Assembly (NCBI RefSeq): GCF_052145595.1
Contig: NZ_JBKQOI010000133.1
Span: forward strand, 39,765-103,764
DNA length: 64,000 bases
Source of the DNA: Mycobacterium sp.
Lineage (GTDB): Bacteria; Actinomycetota; Actinomycetes; Mycobacteriales; Mycobacteriaceae
Direction: 5' to 3'
Shown: one piece after another, positions 1 to 12,100 of the stretch
How the letters are laid out: every line of letters begins with the position of its first letter
Numbering within the stretch: the stretch's first letter is position 1
Made by a program: the position numbers and the translations under genes
Notes under the pieces: model-generated
Told to the model about the DNA's origin: nothing
Databases searched by the model: none
The model's input: only the letters and a program-made list of their open reading frames with translations

Positions 1-1
1 G

Positions 2-565
2 GTGAAGTACTACATACGTGAACGCATGCTCGCGGCCGGCGATCCGACGGGTCCGCGGCGTGCGACATACGACCCCTCACACGTGCAGCGGATAAACCTG
101 ATCAAGGCATTGACCGGCCCGGCGGGGTTATCGGTATCCCAGGTCAAAGCGATCCTGCAGATCATCGACGAGCCCAGGTCCAGCCTCGATGATCGCCTCG
201 CCGGTGCCACAGCCGTACTGGCCGACGGCGTCGACACGGACACCGGCGACGAATCCTTTCCTCGCGCTCGGCAAATCGTCGGTTGGCTTGGAGAGCCGTA
301 CCGGGCCGAACCGCCCGCGGCAGCCCTCCTCGAGAGTGCGCTCCATGCGGTCGAGACGGCCGGCTTCGAACTTCACCCAGACCAGTTCGCCATCTACGGC
401 GAACACATGCTTGCCATCGCCGCCAGCGAAGTCGCCAACATCCCAACCGACCCTGCCGAGGCCGTCCGATACGCCGTTCTTGGCACCGTACTTTTCGAAC
501 CCGTCCTTGCCGCGATCCGCCGGCTGGGGCAGCAGAGCCTCGTCAAACGACGCCCCGACGCCTGA
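2..565 (+). CDS. MerR-family transcriptional regulator, 5' end truncated by window edge
   Basis: The ORF is open to the window edge. Its first residues, VKYYIRERMLAAG...YDPSHVQRINLIKAL, resemble the end of a MerR winged HTH plus the start of the dimerisation helix. GC3-biased coding. Confidence 0.6.
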   Translation: MKYYIRERMLAAGDPTGPRRATYDPSHVQRINLIKALTGPAGLSVSQVKAILQIIDEPRSSLDDRLAGATAVLADGVDTDTGDESFPRARQIVGWLGEPYRAEPPAAALLESALHAVETAGFELHPDQFAIYGEHMLAIAASEVANIPTDPAEAVRYAVLGTVLFEPVLAAIRRLGQQSLVKRRPDA

Positions 566-688
566 CAGGATTGCGCACCGGCCTAGCCGGCGTGGCTTGA
601 CCTTGGGCAGATGCCGTGCCGAGTGGCTAGCCAGAAAATCGCGCCGAGACGTCCTGGTGGTGCGGGGCATTCGGATTATCGTGACGGA

Positions 689-952
689 ATGGAAGAAAGG
701 TTTGCGCTCATCAACCGCCGCCTTGCCATGCTCGAACAGCAGGTGCGTCTGTTGTCGGAGAGGGTCGAGGTCCCGTGCCCGACGTTCGCCAGCGACGTCG
801 GTACCACCGCACCGGGGCAACTTGACCGCGGTGTGCCCGCGGAAGTTGTCGCCCTCGCCCGTGCCGGAAACGCGATCGCCGCGATCAAGCTGTACCGCGA
901 GTTGACCGGCGCGGGACTACGCGAGGCGAAAGATATTGTCGAGTCTTTGTAA
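689..952 (+). CDS. Small protein with ribosomal L7/L12 C-terminal-domain-like tail
   Basis: In-frame ATG at 689 (MEERFALINRRLAMLEQQVRLL). The C-terminus, AIAAIKLYRELTGAGLREAKDIVESL, resembles the L7/L12 CTD motif (VRE.TGLGLKEAKDLVE). The upstream part of the 113-aa ORF is Arg/Gly-rich and probably non-coding. Confidence 0.6.
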   Translation: MEERFALINRRLAMLEQQVRLLSERVEVPCPTFASDVGTTAPGQLDRGVPAEVVALARAGNAIAAIKLYRELTGAGLREAKDIVESL

Positions 953-973
953 ACGGGGCTTCCTCGACCGACA

Positions 974-1786
974 CTAGGGCCCGCGGAAAGCACGATTCAT
1001 TCGTTGCTTGAATGCCTGGTCGAAACGGCGGTAGGTGCTACGCAACGGGTGCCCCGGCCAGTGGTCGCCGACGAGCTCGACGGGCAGCAGCGGATCGAGT
1101 TGAAGATGCCGGACCACGGCGATCGATAGCGCGAAGTCGTAGGTGAAGCTATCGGTCGAATCGTCACGTGCGCTTGCCTTGAGCGCGACATCCATGGCCT
1201 CCTCGAGCGCCCTGGCGTCCTCTGCCCACTCATCGAGGGAAAAGAGTGATCGCACCCTGTCGGCGGTAATGTCCGTGGCGGCGCGGCGAAAATGCGTGCA
1301 CTGCTGGTCCAGCACCTCCCTGAACGCCGGAAACCGTTGCGGGTCAAGGTTGTCCGGACGAATCCAAACGCCCTCCCGAAGCTCGGCCAGATGCAGCGTC
1401 ATCGCCGCTTTCCTCAGCTCGAGGCGATCGGCCGCCGACCTGCGATCCAGCGCCACGATCGCCAGTTCCCATGTTCCGTCCCAGCGGTGGGCGGCGGCGT
1501 CGTCGATCCGGGAAGCCTCGTCGACCCGGTGGTGGCGTTCCATCAAGCGCCCGGCGAGTGCGTAGCTCCCGTCGTCGCCGGAGATTTCGCCATTTGAGAC
1601 CATCCGCCAGAGGCAGGTGCGGGCCGCGCCGCCGCTGATGCCGAACAGTGAGGCCACCGCGACCAGCTCCGCCACCGTGAGACGGCCCTGGTCGGATCCC
1701 AACAAAGCTGACGCAAGGACCGAGCGCGCGCTGAGCGGCCGGCTGCCGATCAAGTCGCTCAGGCGGGATTGCGGTGCGGCGGGCAC
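974..1786 (-). CDS. PaaX-family transcriptional regulator
   Basis: N-terminal wHTH-like segment PLSARSVLASALLG...LTVAELVAVASLFGISGGAARTCLWRMVSNGEI followed by a PaaX-type C-terminal region. GTG start at 1786. Divergent from the Rieske oxygenase gene. Confidence 0.7.
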   Translation of the reverse strand: MPAAPQSRLSDLIGSRPLSARSVLASALLGSDQGRLTVAELVAVASLFGISGGAARTCLWRMVSNGEISGDDGSYALAGRLMERHHRVDEASRIDDAAAHRWDGTWELAIVALDRRSAADRLELRKAAMTLHLAELREGVWIRPDNLDPQRFPAFREVLDQQCTHFRRAATDITADRVRSLFSLDEWAEDARALEEAMDVALKASARDDSTDSFTYDFALSIAVVRHLQLDPLLPVELVGDHWPGHPLRSTYRRFDQAFKQRMNRAFRGP

Positions 1787-1831
1787 GCGGGCAACGATAT
1801 CACCAAATCATTGACGCGTGACGTATAAAGT

Positions 1832-3031
1832 GTGACACTGACACGCATGAGCTCCCCGACGAAGTCGTTGGTCGCCGACGATGTGGAGATCGCCAGGCGC
1901 ATCCTTGCTCACATCGACGCCGGTACCACCGATGAGGGTGCGGCTTGGCGTGAACCCGTCGAAAACTACCTAGACCCAGCCCGGTTCGTTCAGGAACTGC
2001 GGCTGCTACGCACGACGCCGACTGTGTTCGTTCCCTCCGCGACGATCCCAAACGCCGGTGATCATGTCGAACGAACCGTCTTCGGGGTGCCCCTATTCGC
2101 CGTGCGGGGGCGCGATCAACGGGCCCGTGTGTTCCGCAACGCCTGCCGGCATCGCGGCTTCGCCCTCGTGCAGGACGCCGGGTGCTCCCAGGCGCTGGTG
2201 TGCCGCTACCACGGCTGGACTTACCGTCTGGATGGTTCGCTCTCGCACGTCCCGCATGCCGATGCTTTCCCGGATCTGGACATGTCGACGCGCGGTCTGG
2301 TCGAGGTCGGCAGTCAGGAAGTGGACGGGCTCATCGTCATAGGCGGACTCGACTCCGAAGGCGCAGCGCCGAAAGACTATGGCGAAGAGGCGATCTCGTG
2401 GCTGACCGACGGGAGTCCGTGGCGCGAGAAGCTTGTTCCCGCGCAGCGGCTCGTTTTTGCGGAATCCACGCTTCGGGCGATCAACTGGAAGGTGCTCGTC
2501 GAGCAGTTTCTGGAGGGCTATCACATCCGCTCGACGCACAGGGACACCTTCTTCCCGGTGCAGTACGACGACCTCAACGTGGTCGAGCTGTTCGGCCCGA
2601 ATAGCCGAATCACATTTCCATACCGCAATATTGAACGTCTTCGGGATCGCCCGCAGAGCACTTGGTCGACGGACGCGAGGGTGACGTACCTGTATCAGCT
2701 GTTCCCCAACGTCATGTTGGCGACTTTCCCGGACGTGGTGTCGGTGGTTGTGATCGACCCGGTAGACGTCGATCACAGCACGGTCAGTGTTTACTCGATG
2801 GTCAGGCCGGACGTCGCCGAACGTGCCTCGCTTGACCCAGCGAACAACCTGGTGGGCGCGGGTAGTTTCATTGAGCGGGGTCTCGTCGAAGATAACGAGA
2901 TGTCGGCGGGTGTCCAACGCGGGTTGCACTCGGGTGCAAACTCGTTCGTGGAGTTCGGACGTCACGAGAGCGCGATCGGGCACTTCCACGCCACCCTTCA
3001 GGAGCGTCTCGCTCGATTAACCAAGGCCTAG
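1832..3031 (+). CDS. Rieske [2Fe-2S] aromatic-ring-hydroxylating oxygenase alpha subunit (alpha-only type)
   Basis: Rieske motif CRHRG-x17-CRYHGW, followed by a catalytic domain of about 250 aa. The start is either GTG 1832 or ATG 1847 (MSSPTKS). Confidence 0.85.
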   Translation: MTLTRMSSPTKSLVADDVEIARRILAHIDAGTTDEGAAWREPVENYLDPARFVQELRLLRTTPTVFVPSATIPNAGDHVERTVFGVPLFAVRGRDQRARVFRNACRHRGFALVQDAGCSQALVCRYHGWTYRLDGSLSHVPHADAFPDLDMSTRGLVEVGSQEVDGLIVIGGLDSEGAAPKDYGEEAISWLTDGSPWREKLVPAQRLVFAESTLRAINWKVLVEQFLEGYHIRSTHRDTFFPVQYDDLNVVELFGPNSRITFPYRNIERLRDRPQSTWSTDARVTYLYQLFPNVMLATFPDVVSVVVIDPVDVDHSTVSVYSMVRPDVAERASLDPANNLVGAGSFIERGLVEDNEMSAGVQRGLHSGANSFVEFGRHESAIGHFHATLQERLARLTKA

Positions 3032-3032
3032 C

Positions 3033-3800
3033 TCAGGAGTCGAACGGAGCCATCCGCACGGCCAGCGGCAATCCACAGCGAACGAGAAGCCCGAAGCGTC
3101 CGGCCGGCAACGCCGTCGCCTCCGCGCGCATCATGCCAACGAGTTCCCTTTTGAAATCACCTCTCGGGTAACGCCGCAGCACCTCTGCGACATTGCCGGG
3201 AGCGATGTCCCAGATGCGCAGTCCGGCGCCGTCGACCATCGCTCCCCACTGCAAGTAGCAGCCAATGGCGCCGTCGTCTTCCACCTTGACTCCTGGTGTT
3301 GTGTGAACGCAGATACCGTCGGCGAGCAGATCCGCACGGTCATCTGCGAGTCCGGCGGCCTTAGCGCAGGAAATCATCCGATCGACGCTGCCGAGAGTGA
3401 AATCACGGTTGCCCGTAGGGCGCGCAATGCCATAGTCGTGCAGCAGCGCCCCGCAGTAGAACAGCTCGTCGTCCGTCTTGTTTCCGTCGACGGCCGCGAG
3501 CGCACGCCCGAACAACCAGGTGCGGTAGGAGTGGCCCGCAAGGGTCGGCGGCAATTCCGCGCACGCCTCCTCGGCCTCACGAGCGAACTTTGAATCGGGT
3601 ACGCGGAATGTGTCCAAGTCAACCTGCGCGGCCGCAGCCGGAAGCCGGCCCAGGACGAGCTTGGTCCGTCCCACCGCGTTTTGCCACTGGCCTACCGCAA
3701 TTGCGGCCAGGAGCCGGCGCCGCTCGGCGCGAGACAGACGACCGCCGGTGCGACGGACCCACGCAAGGCCACCAAGCCGCTGGGGATCGGGCGCGTTCAT
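3033..3800 (-). CDS. HD-domain-containing protein (metal-dependent phosphohydrolase fold)
   Basis: H...HD signature (GHSYRTWLFG ... ALLHDYG). Full-length ORF with coding bias. Confidence 0.7.
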   Translation of the reverse strand: MNAPDPQRLGGLAWVRRTGGRLSRAERRRLLAAIAVGQWQNAVGRTKLVLGRLPAAAAQVDLDTFRVPDSKFAREAEEACAELPPTLAGHSYRTWLFGRALAAVDGNKTDDELFYCGALLHDYGIARPTGNRDFTLGSVDRMISCAKAAGLADDRADLLADGICVHTTPGVKVEDDGAIGCYLQWGAMVDGAGLRIWDIAPGNVAEVLRRYPRGDFKRELVGMMRAEATALPAGRFGLLVRCGLPLAVRMAPFDS

Positions 3801-3858
3801 TTCATTTCAACCAATCGACTGCAATCGCATCGCCCCCATCGGGCAGGCACAGTCAGCG

Positions 3859-4725
3859 CTACGGCGTTTTGAGGAAGACGTCGTTGAGGGTGACGGTGCG
3901 AAGGTTTCGGGCGCGGATGATGTCGACGAGTTGCGGATACACGTGCGTGACGGGCAGGTGATTGAGGTGCCCGATAACGATGGACTGCGGGGTGAAGTAC
4001 TCATCGGCCATCTTCACGATGTAGTCCTGGGTGATCAGCGTGGAATCCGACAACGAACCCGACCATAACGTTGGCACGGTGTAGCCGAGGTCGGCGGCCA
4101 CGGCGTCGACGGTGGCGTTATGCTTCGCGTACGGCGGCCGCCAGTACGGTTTCGCGCCGATGCCGTAGGTCTCCTTCAGAAAATCGTCGTTGCGCTTGAT
4201 CTGTTGGGCGACTTGGTCTTTGGGCAGGGTGGTCAGATCCGGGTGTGACCAGGTGTGGTTGCCCAGTTGGATCTGCCCGGATTCGACCAGCGGCCGAAGC
4301 AGCGCCAGGTTGTCGGTCCACGAGTTGTAGATTCCGTTGACGAAAAACGTCAGCCGCACACCGGTGTCTTTGGCGAACTGCGCGTAGGCGCGCACTACCT
4401 CGCTGTTGACGCCGTCATCGACGGTAAGCGCAAGCAGATCACCCTGGCCGGGAATCTTGTGCAGTGCACCACCACCGGGCAGCGCGACGCGGGCACCCAA
4501 CGGTGGGGGCGGTAACAAGGCCGACGGCGCGGTTGGACCCGATGTCGCCACGTCGGCCGGAGTCGTCTCGGCGAATGTCCGCGGTTGCGGGTCGACCACG
4601 AGACGGGCCGCGCCCACGCCGACAACAGTGGCCGCTGCGAGCGCCCCGAGGAAGCGTCGCCGGTTCAGCTCTGACGCGGGACGGCTCCCGAGGCTCCTCG
4701 TGAAGGAGGGGACGACGAATTCCAC
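3859..4725 (-). CDS. Secreted polysaccharide deacetylase (NodB/CE4 family) with Tat-type signal
   Basis: NodB motifs LTVDDG and NHTWSHPDLT. Twin-arginine signal NRRRFLGALAAATVVGVGAA. The start is uncertain: GTG at 4725 is preferred, and the ORF stays open to 4845. Confidence 0.8.
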   Translation of the reverse strand: MEFVVPSFTRSLGSRPASELNRRRFLGALAAATVVGVGAARLVVDPQPRTFAETTPADVATSGPTAPSALLPPPPLGARVALPGGGALHKIPGQGDLLALTVDDGVNSEVVRAYAQFAKDTGVRLTFFVNGIYNSWTDNLALLRPLVESGQIQLGNHTWSHPDLTTLPKDQVAQQIKRNDDFLKETYGIGAKPYWRPPYAKHNATVDAVAADLGYTVPTLWSGSLSDSTLITQDYIVKMADEYFTPQSIVIGHLNHLPVTHVYPQLVDIIRARNLRTVTLNDVFLKTP

Positions 4726-4973
4726 GCGATGCCTCGCGGGTCTTTTGCGGTGCGATGTCGGCACGCGCGACCCCGCGCCGGGGGTGCCCCAGTTGCCAAA
4801 GTCCGCAGCCACAGCAGCGAACCGTACCATTGGCGGCGCGACCATGCCGGTTTCGTTACGGGAGGGTCAGCTGTGAATTCGGCGTCGAAACGGCAACGGC
4901 CCTGCATACCTCGGCGCCCAGCGCCGTGACCTCAAGCACCGACGGTCATCGCCGAGATAACCCTCAAGGCGGA

Positions 4974-6365
4974 TCAATGAGGCGCGCCGCCGCCGGGTTG
5001 TGGTAGCTGGACGGGTTCGGTACCCGGGGTTCCCAGCGTCGCGGCCAGCCACGGCAGCGACGCGGCGAACGCCTGGGCGGCGAACGGCCAGTCATGCTTG
5101 CCGGGTTGGGTAACCACCGCGCAAGTGACCCCGTTGGCGGCGGCGACGCCGCACAGCGAGTTGGCCGCGGCGTCCTGGCCTTCTGGGTTGGCGGTGGGGT
5201 CGGCGCTGGGAGCGCCGAGGGTGGGAATGGCTTCCTGGGCGAAGTTGCGCGGACCGGACGATTCTGGGACGTCGAACCAACCCGATACCCCGGTGTAGTG
5301 GCCATGCCGACCGATGGCGGTGGCCGGGTCGAAGGCGGCCCAGGCGGCGGTGTCGCCGCCGAACAACCGGGCGACGGTTTGCTCCTTTGTCCCGACATTG
5401 GGGCTGCGGTCACCGGCAATGTCCACAAACGCGCTGAACATGTCCGGATGCATGACGGTCAAGTCGACCGCGCAGGTACCGCCCATCGACCACCCCGCGA
5501 CGCCCCAGCTCGTGCGGTCAGCGCTTACCCCGAAGTTCGAGACGACGAACGGCACGACATCTTTCGTTAGATGATCGGCGGCATTACCGCGGCTCCCGTT
5601 GACGCACTCGGTGTCGTTGTCGAACGCGCCGGTCGGATCGACGAACACCAGCACAGGGGCGAAGCCGTGATGATGGGCCGCGAAGTCGTCGATGGTGTCG
5701 AAAGCGCCGCCGGCACGGAGCCAGTCGGCAGGAGTATTGAACGCGGAACTGATCATCATCACCGTCGGCAGCCGGGGCGGTGGATTGCTGCCGAACCACG
5801 CCGGAGGCAGATAGACCAGTTCCTGGCGGTGGGCAAAGTGCGACGCGTCGGCACTGGTTGTCACGGGCACCACGACGCCCTTGGTCGGCTTGGTTCCCTC
5901 GAGCTGCATCGCGGTGACCCGCAGCCGATCGATTTGATCGGGCAACGGTCGCGATGTCAGCTGATTCCATGCGGTGATCACCGTGGGGAAGTAGCCGACC
6001 CACCGGTTCACGGTCAAGGTGGCGCACAACACGCACAGGGGTACTGAAAGCACCGCCAGCCCACGTCGCCACCAGCGGGCTCCCGGCCATCCGAGCAAGA
6101 GCGCCGCGACCGCCAGGCCGCTCATCGCTATCCACAGCCACAGCGACACGGGCGCCGGATCCCCGGCCACGCCTATCGACGCGATGTACCAGTGCGACAG
6201 CGCCGTCACCGCTGCCGCGATCACCAAAGCCACCGGTAGTGTCCAGCCACGCCAGCGTCGCCTGCGCCATCCGACCGCGCCGATCACCACGATCAGTGCG
6301 AGCGCCTGCACCGCCAATGGCAACCAGCCGTGCAGCAGGGACAGCTGTCCGATGAAGTTGGGCAA
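4974..6365 (-). CDS. Membrane-anchored esterase / alpha-beta hydrolase (esterase D - antigen 85 fold)
   Basis: About four N-terminal hydrophobic helices, then a hydrolase domain with the nucleophile elbow GWSMGG. Confidence 0.75.
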   Translation of the reverse strand: MPNFIGQLSLLHGWLPLAVQALALIVVIGAVGWRRRRWRGWTLPVALVIAAAVTALSHWYIASIGVAGDPAPVSLWLWIAMSGLAVAALLLGWPGARWWRRGLAVLSVPLCVLCATLTVNRWVGYFPTVITAWNQLTSRPLPDQIDRLRVTAMQLEGTKPTKGVVVPVTTSADASHFAHRQELVYLPPAWFGSNPPPRLPTVMMISSAFNTPADWLRAGGAFDTIDDFAAHHHGFAPVLVFVDPTGAFDNDTECVNGSRGNAADHLTKDVVPFVVSNFGVSADRTSWGVAGWSMGGTCAVDLTVMHPDMFSAFVDIAGDRSPNVGTKEQTVARLFGGDTAAWAAFDPATAIGRHGHYTGVSGWFDVPESSGPRNFAQEAIPTLGAPSADPTANPEGQDAAANSLCGVAAANGVTCAVVTQPGKHDWPFAAQAFAASLPWLAATLGTPGTEPVQLPQPGGGAPH

Positions 6366-6503
6366 CGGCCGTGACCTTCGCTAAATCCGATCGCTCTGCG
6401 AGGCTGACTTGAGGCTTACTTGTTGATGGTCCGACCAACTATCCCATACCATCCCCAACCAACAGCCCGCCATTTGTCGGGTGGCCGATGAGATCGGTGT
6501 GGG

Positions 6504-8752
<2,249 letters not shown>

Positions 8753-8756
<4 letters not shown>

Positions 8757-8965
8757 GCCAGCGGTACCGCCTCGTAGCCGGCCTCGTCGACCGCGCCCAG
8801 CACCGCGTTCGCGTCGATCGGCAGATGACTTGTGATGACGAGCCTGCCCGTTTGCGCGCTGACATCCACGCTGTCCACACCCGGGATCTGGCGCACCTCG
8901 TCCTGGACGGCGGCCTCACAGTGTCCGCAGTTCATCCCGCTCACCCGATACTCGCTCGTGGTCAT
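8753..8965 (-). CDS. CopZ-like heavy-metal-associated (HMA) copper chaperone
   Basis: [20 protein letters not shown] carries an MxCxxC HMA motif. ATG at 8965 is preceded by GGAGAGG. Four-nt ATGA overlap with the ATPase gene. Confidence 0.85.
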
Positions 8966-8982
8966 GGTACCTCTCCTATCTA

Positions 8983-8997
8983 TACCCAATGGGGGTA
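8983..8997. promoter_or_regulatory. CsoR/RicR-type operator box TACCC-N5-GGGTA (perfect)
   Basis: The sequence TATACCCAATGGGGGTATAG lies 18 nt upstream of the copZ-like ATG. It has the same architecture as the B. subtilis copZA CsoR operator and the mycobacterial RicR box. Confidence 0.7.
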
Positions 8998-9018
8998 TAG
9001 CATACGTTCCCAACTATA

Positions 9019-9033
9019 TACCCCCACCCGGTA
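9019..9033. promoter_or_regulatory. Second, imperfect CsoR/RicR-type box (TACCC-N5-CGGTA)
   Basis: ATATACCCCCACCCGGTAT, 36 nt from the first box, with one mismatch in the right half-site. Confidence 0.5.
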
Positions 9034-9155
9034 TTCCCGTCAATCGCCTCCACCTCCGACCGCCACGCCAGGCTCCGCAGCATGTACCGAGCGCACGGGG
9101 CCCTTTATCGTGGGTCAATCGAGTAATCCGGACCACGAGCGGCGGCGGAGGTCGG

Positions 9156-12100
9156 ATGGAGTCAGGACGATTGTGCCGGGCCTGCGGTCTAGGTCTGCGG
9201 CAAGGCGCCCGATTCTGCGACGGATGCGGTGCGCCGGCAAGTGCCGACTCCGACTTTGCCGAGTACAAACAGGTGACAGTGATGTTCGCTGACGTGGTGG
9301 GGTCGATGCGGATCGCAGCGGCACTCGGCCCGGAGCGGTTGCGCGAGATCATGGGCGAGGTCTTGCATCGCTGCACAGCTGTGGTGCAACGCTACGGGGG
9401 CACCGTGGACAAATTCACCGGCGATGGAGTCATGGCGATGTTCGGGGCGCCGGCGGCCCTGGAAGACCATGCTTTGCGTGCCTGCCTGGCCGCATTGGCG
9501 ATCCAAGACGAGATTCAGCGCCTGGCCGTGGAGGTCGATCATCGCGACGGCGTCGAACTGCGGTTGCGGATCGGTCTGAACTCGGGTCAGGTGATCGCCG
9601 GTGAAATGAGCTCTGGCCCAGGCGGTTACACGGCAATCGGAGAGCAGGTCGGACTTGCGCAACGGATGGAGTCGGTGGCGCCGGCCGGCGGGGTGATGCT
9701 CAGCCAGTCCACGGCGCGGCTGATCGAACACGCCGCGGTGCTGGGAGAGTCCGAACGGGTGCACATCAAGGGCGCCGGCGATGCAGTGCTTGCGCGTCGC
9801 CTGATGGCAGTGGGCGCTGAACACATCCAGCTCGGCCGGCGGGAGCCGACGCTGATCGGGCGCGAGGCGGAGATGAACACCATCGCCGAGATGCTGGATC
9901 AATCAATCAACGGCGTTGGGTGTGTCGCCACGGTGGTGGGGTCCCCCGGCATCGGCAAAAGCCGGGCGGTTGGTGACACGGCCAAGCTGGCTACCGCCCG
10001 CGGTGTCGCGGTGTACTCCACATTTTGCGAGTCGCATGCGCGCGAGTTGCCCTACCGTGTGGTGGCCCGGCTGCTGCGGGCGGTGTTCGCTGTCGGCGAC
10101 CTCGCGCCGGATGCCGCCCGGGCTGGGGTGCGTGCGCGGCTCCCGGACGCAGACCCAGGGGATCTGCTCCTGCTGAAAGACCTGCTTGGTATCGGCGAGT
10201 CTGGGGTGGCCCTGCCCGCCATTAGCCCCGACGCCCGCCAGCGCCGGTTAGCTGTCCTGTTGAACGCCGCCGCGTTCGCACGGAAGACACCGACCCTGTA
10301 CGTCATCGAGGATGCGCACTGGATCGACGAGGCCAGTGAGTCCATGCTCGCGGAATTCATCGCCGCGGTGCCGTTGACCCGGTCGCTGGTGCTGATCACC
10401 CATCGTCCCGAATACCAAGGCGCTTTATCGCGGGCACCGGGTGCTCGGTCGATCGCACTGGCACCGTTGACCGTGGCACAGACAGTGGCGCTGACGACTG
10501 CGCTGCTGGGCACGCACCCGTCGGTCACCGGGTTGGCGGCTCATGTCGCCGAACGAGCCGCCGGGAACCCGTTCTTCGCCGACGAGATAGTTCGCGACAT
10601 GGCAGAACGCGGCGTACTCAATGGCGATCGCGGCGCCTATTTATGCCGCGACGCAAGCGCCGACATCAGCGTGCCCAGCACTCTGCAGGCCACGATCGCC
10701 GCCCGCATCGACCGCCTCGGCACGCCTGCCAAGCATGCGTTGTACGCCGGCGCCGTCATTGGCGCCCGGTTCAGCCCCGATCTGCTGACCGCCGTCCTAC
10801 CCGGGGCCGGTGAGAACGGGACCGCTGTCGCCGAGCTCCTCCGGGTTGAGCTCATCGACCAGGTGGGCGTTGCCCCGCGCAGCGAATACGCGTTCCGGCA
10901 TCCCCTGATCCGCGCCGTGGCTTACGAATCGCAACTGAGGACCCGCCGCGCCGAGCTGCATCGCCGGGTAGCAGGTGCCATTGAGGAGAACAACCCCGAC
11001 GCGGCTGACCAGGATGCCGCGTTGATCGCCGAACACCTCGACGCCGCCGGGGATCTGCGTGCCGCCTTCGGCTGGCACATGCGCGCCGGAGCATGGTTGG
11101 TCAGCCGCGACATGGCCGCAGCCCAGATCAGCTGGCAGCGCGCCCGTCAGGTCGCCGACAGGCTGCCTGCCGACGACACCGACCGGACGGCGCAGCGGAT
11201 CGCACCCCGGGCCCTGATATGCGGGACCGGGTGGATGGCCGGCGGCAGCGTCGCCGACACCGGCTTCGACCAACTAAAAGAGTTGTGCGAGGCCAGTGGC
11301 GACCGGGCGTCACTGGCGGTCGGCATGGCGGGACAGGTTATGGCGCTCGCGGGGCATCAGCGGCTGCGTGAGGCGGCCCAACAGGCCTCGAAGTTGATCG
11401 CGCTGGTGGAGGAGATAGCCGATCGGGCTTTGATTGTCGGTCTGCTCTCCGCCGCCATCTATGCGAAGGCCGAGATCGGCGAGGTGAAGGAGGCGTTGCG
11501 CCTGGCGCAACGGGTGATCGACCTCTCCGACGGCGATCCCCCCTTGAGCCAACTGGTCATGGGGTCACCACTGGACATGGCGACCAGAAGCCGCGGCCTC
11601 ACCAGACTGTGCCTTGGGATCCAGGGATGGAGATCCGATTTCGACGAGGCTGTCCGGCTCGCAGCCTCGTTTACCCCGATGAGCCATGCCGGGGCGATCC
11701 TGTACAAGTACGTGGTCGCCGTTCCGGTCGGCGCGCTGCTTGCCGATCCGGTGGCTCTGCGCGAGACCGCCGATGCACTGCGAATCGCCGAGCAAGCCGG
11801 CGACGATTACACAATGGCGCTCGCCCAGCTCACGCGAGGCCTCGTGTTGGTCCACCACGGTGGTCCCCGCCGTAAGGAGGGCCTCAACCTGCTGACTCAA
11901 GCCCGCGACGCCGTCCTGAAAAGGGGGTTCACCGTCAATGCGATGGCGGTTGTCGATCCCGAGATCGCGAGGGAGAAGGCCCGAAACGGCGATCTCAATG
12001 GCGCCATCGAGCTGGCCAGATCTGCCATTGACGACATGTTCGACAGGGGTGCGATGTTCTTGCGGGGCGTTGCCACGACGGTGCTGGTCGAGGCGTTGCT

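Noticed and set aside
8832-9155. 108-codon N-terminal extension of the cyclase ORF
   Set aside because: It runs antisense through the copZ-like gene and across the CsoR/RicR boxes. ATG 9156, with an upstream GGAGG and a Zn-ribbon start, is the credible initiation site.
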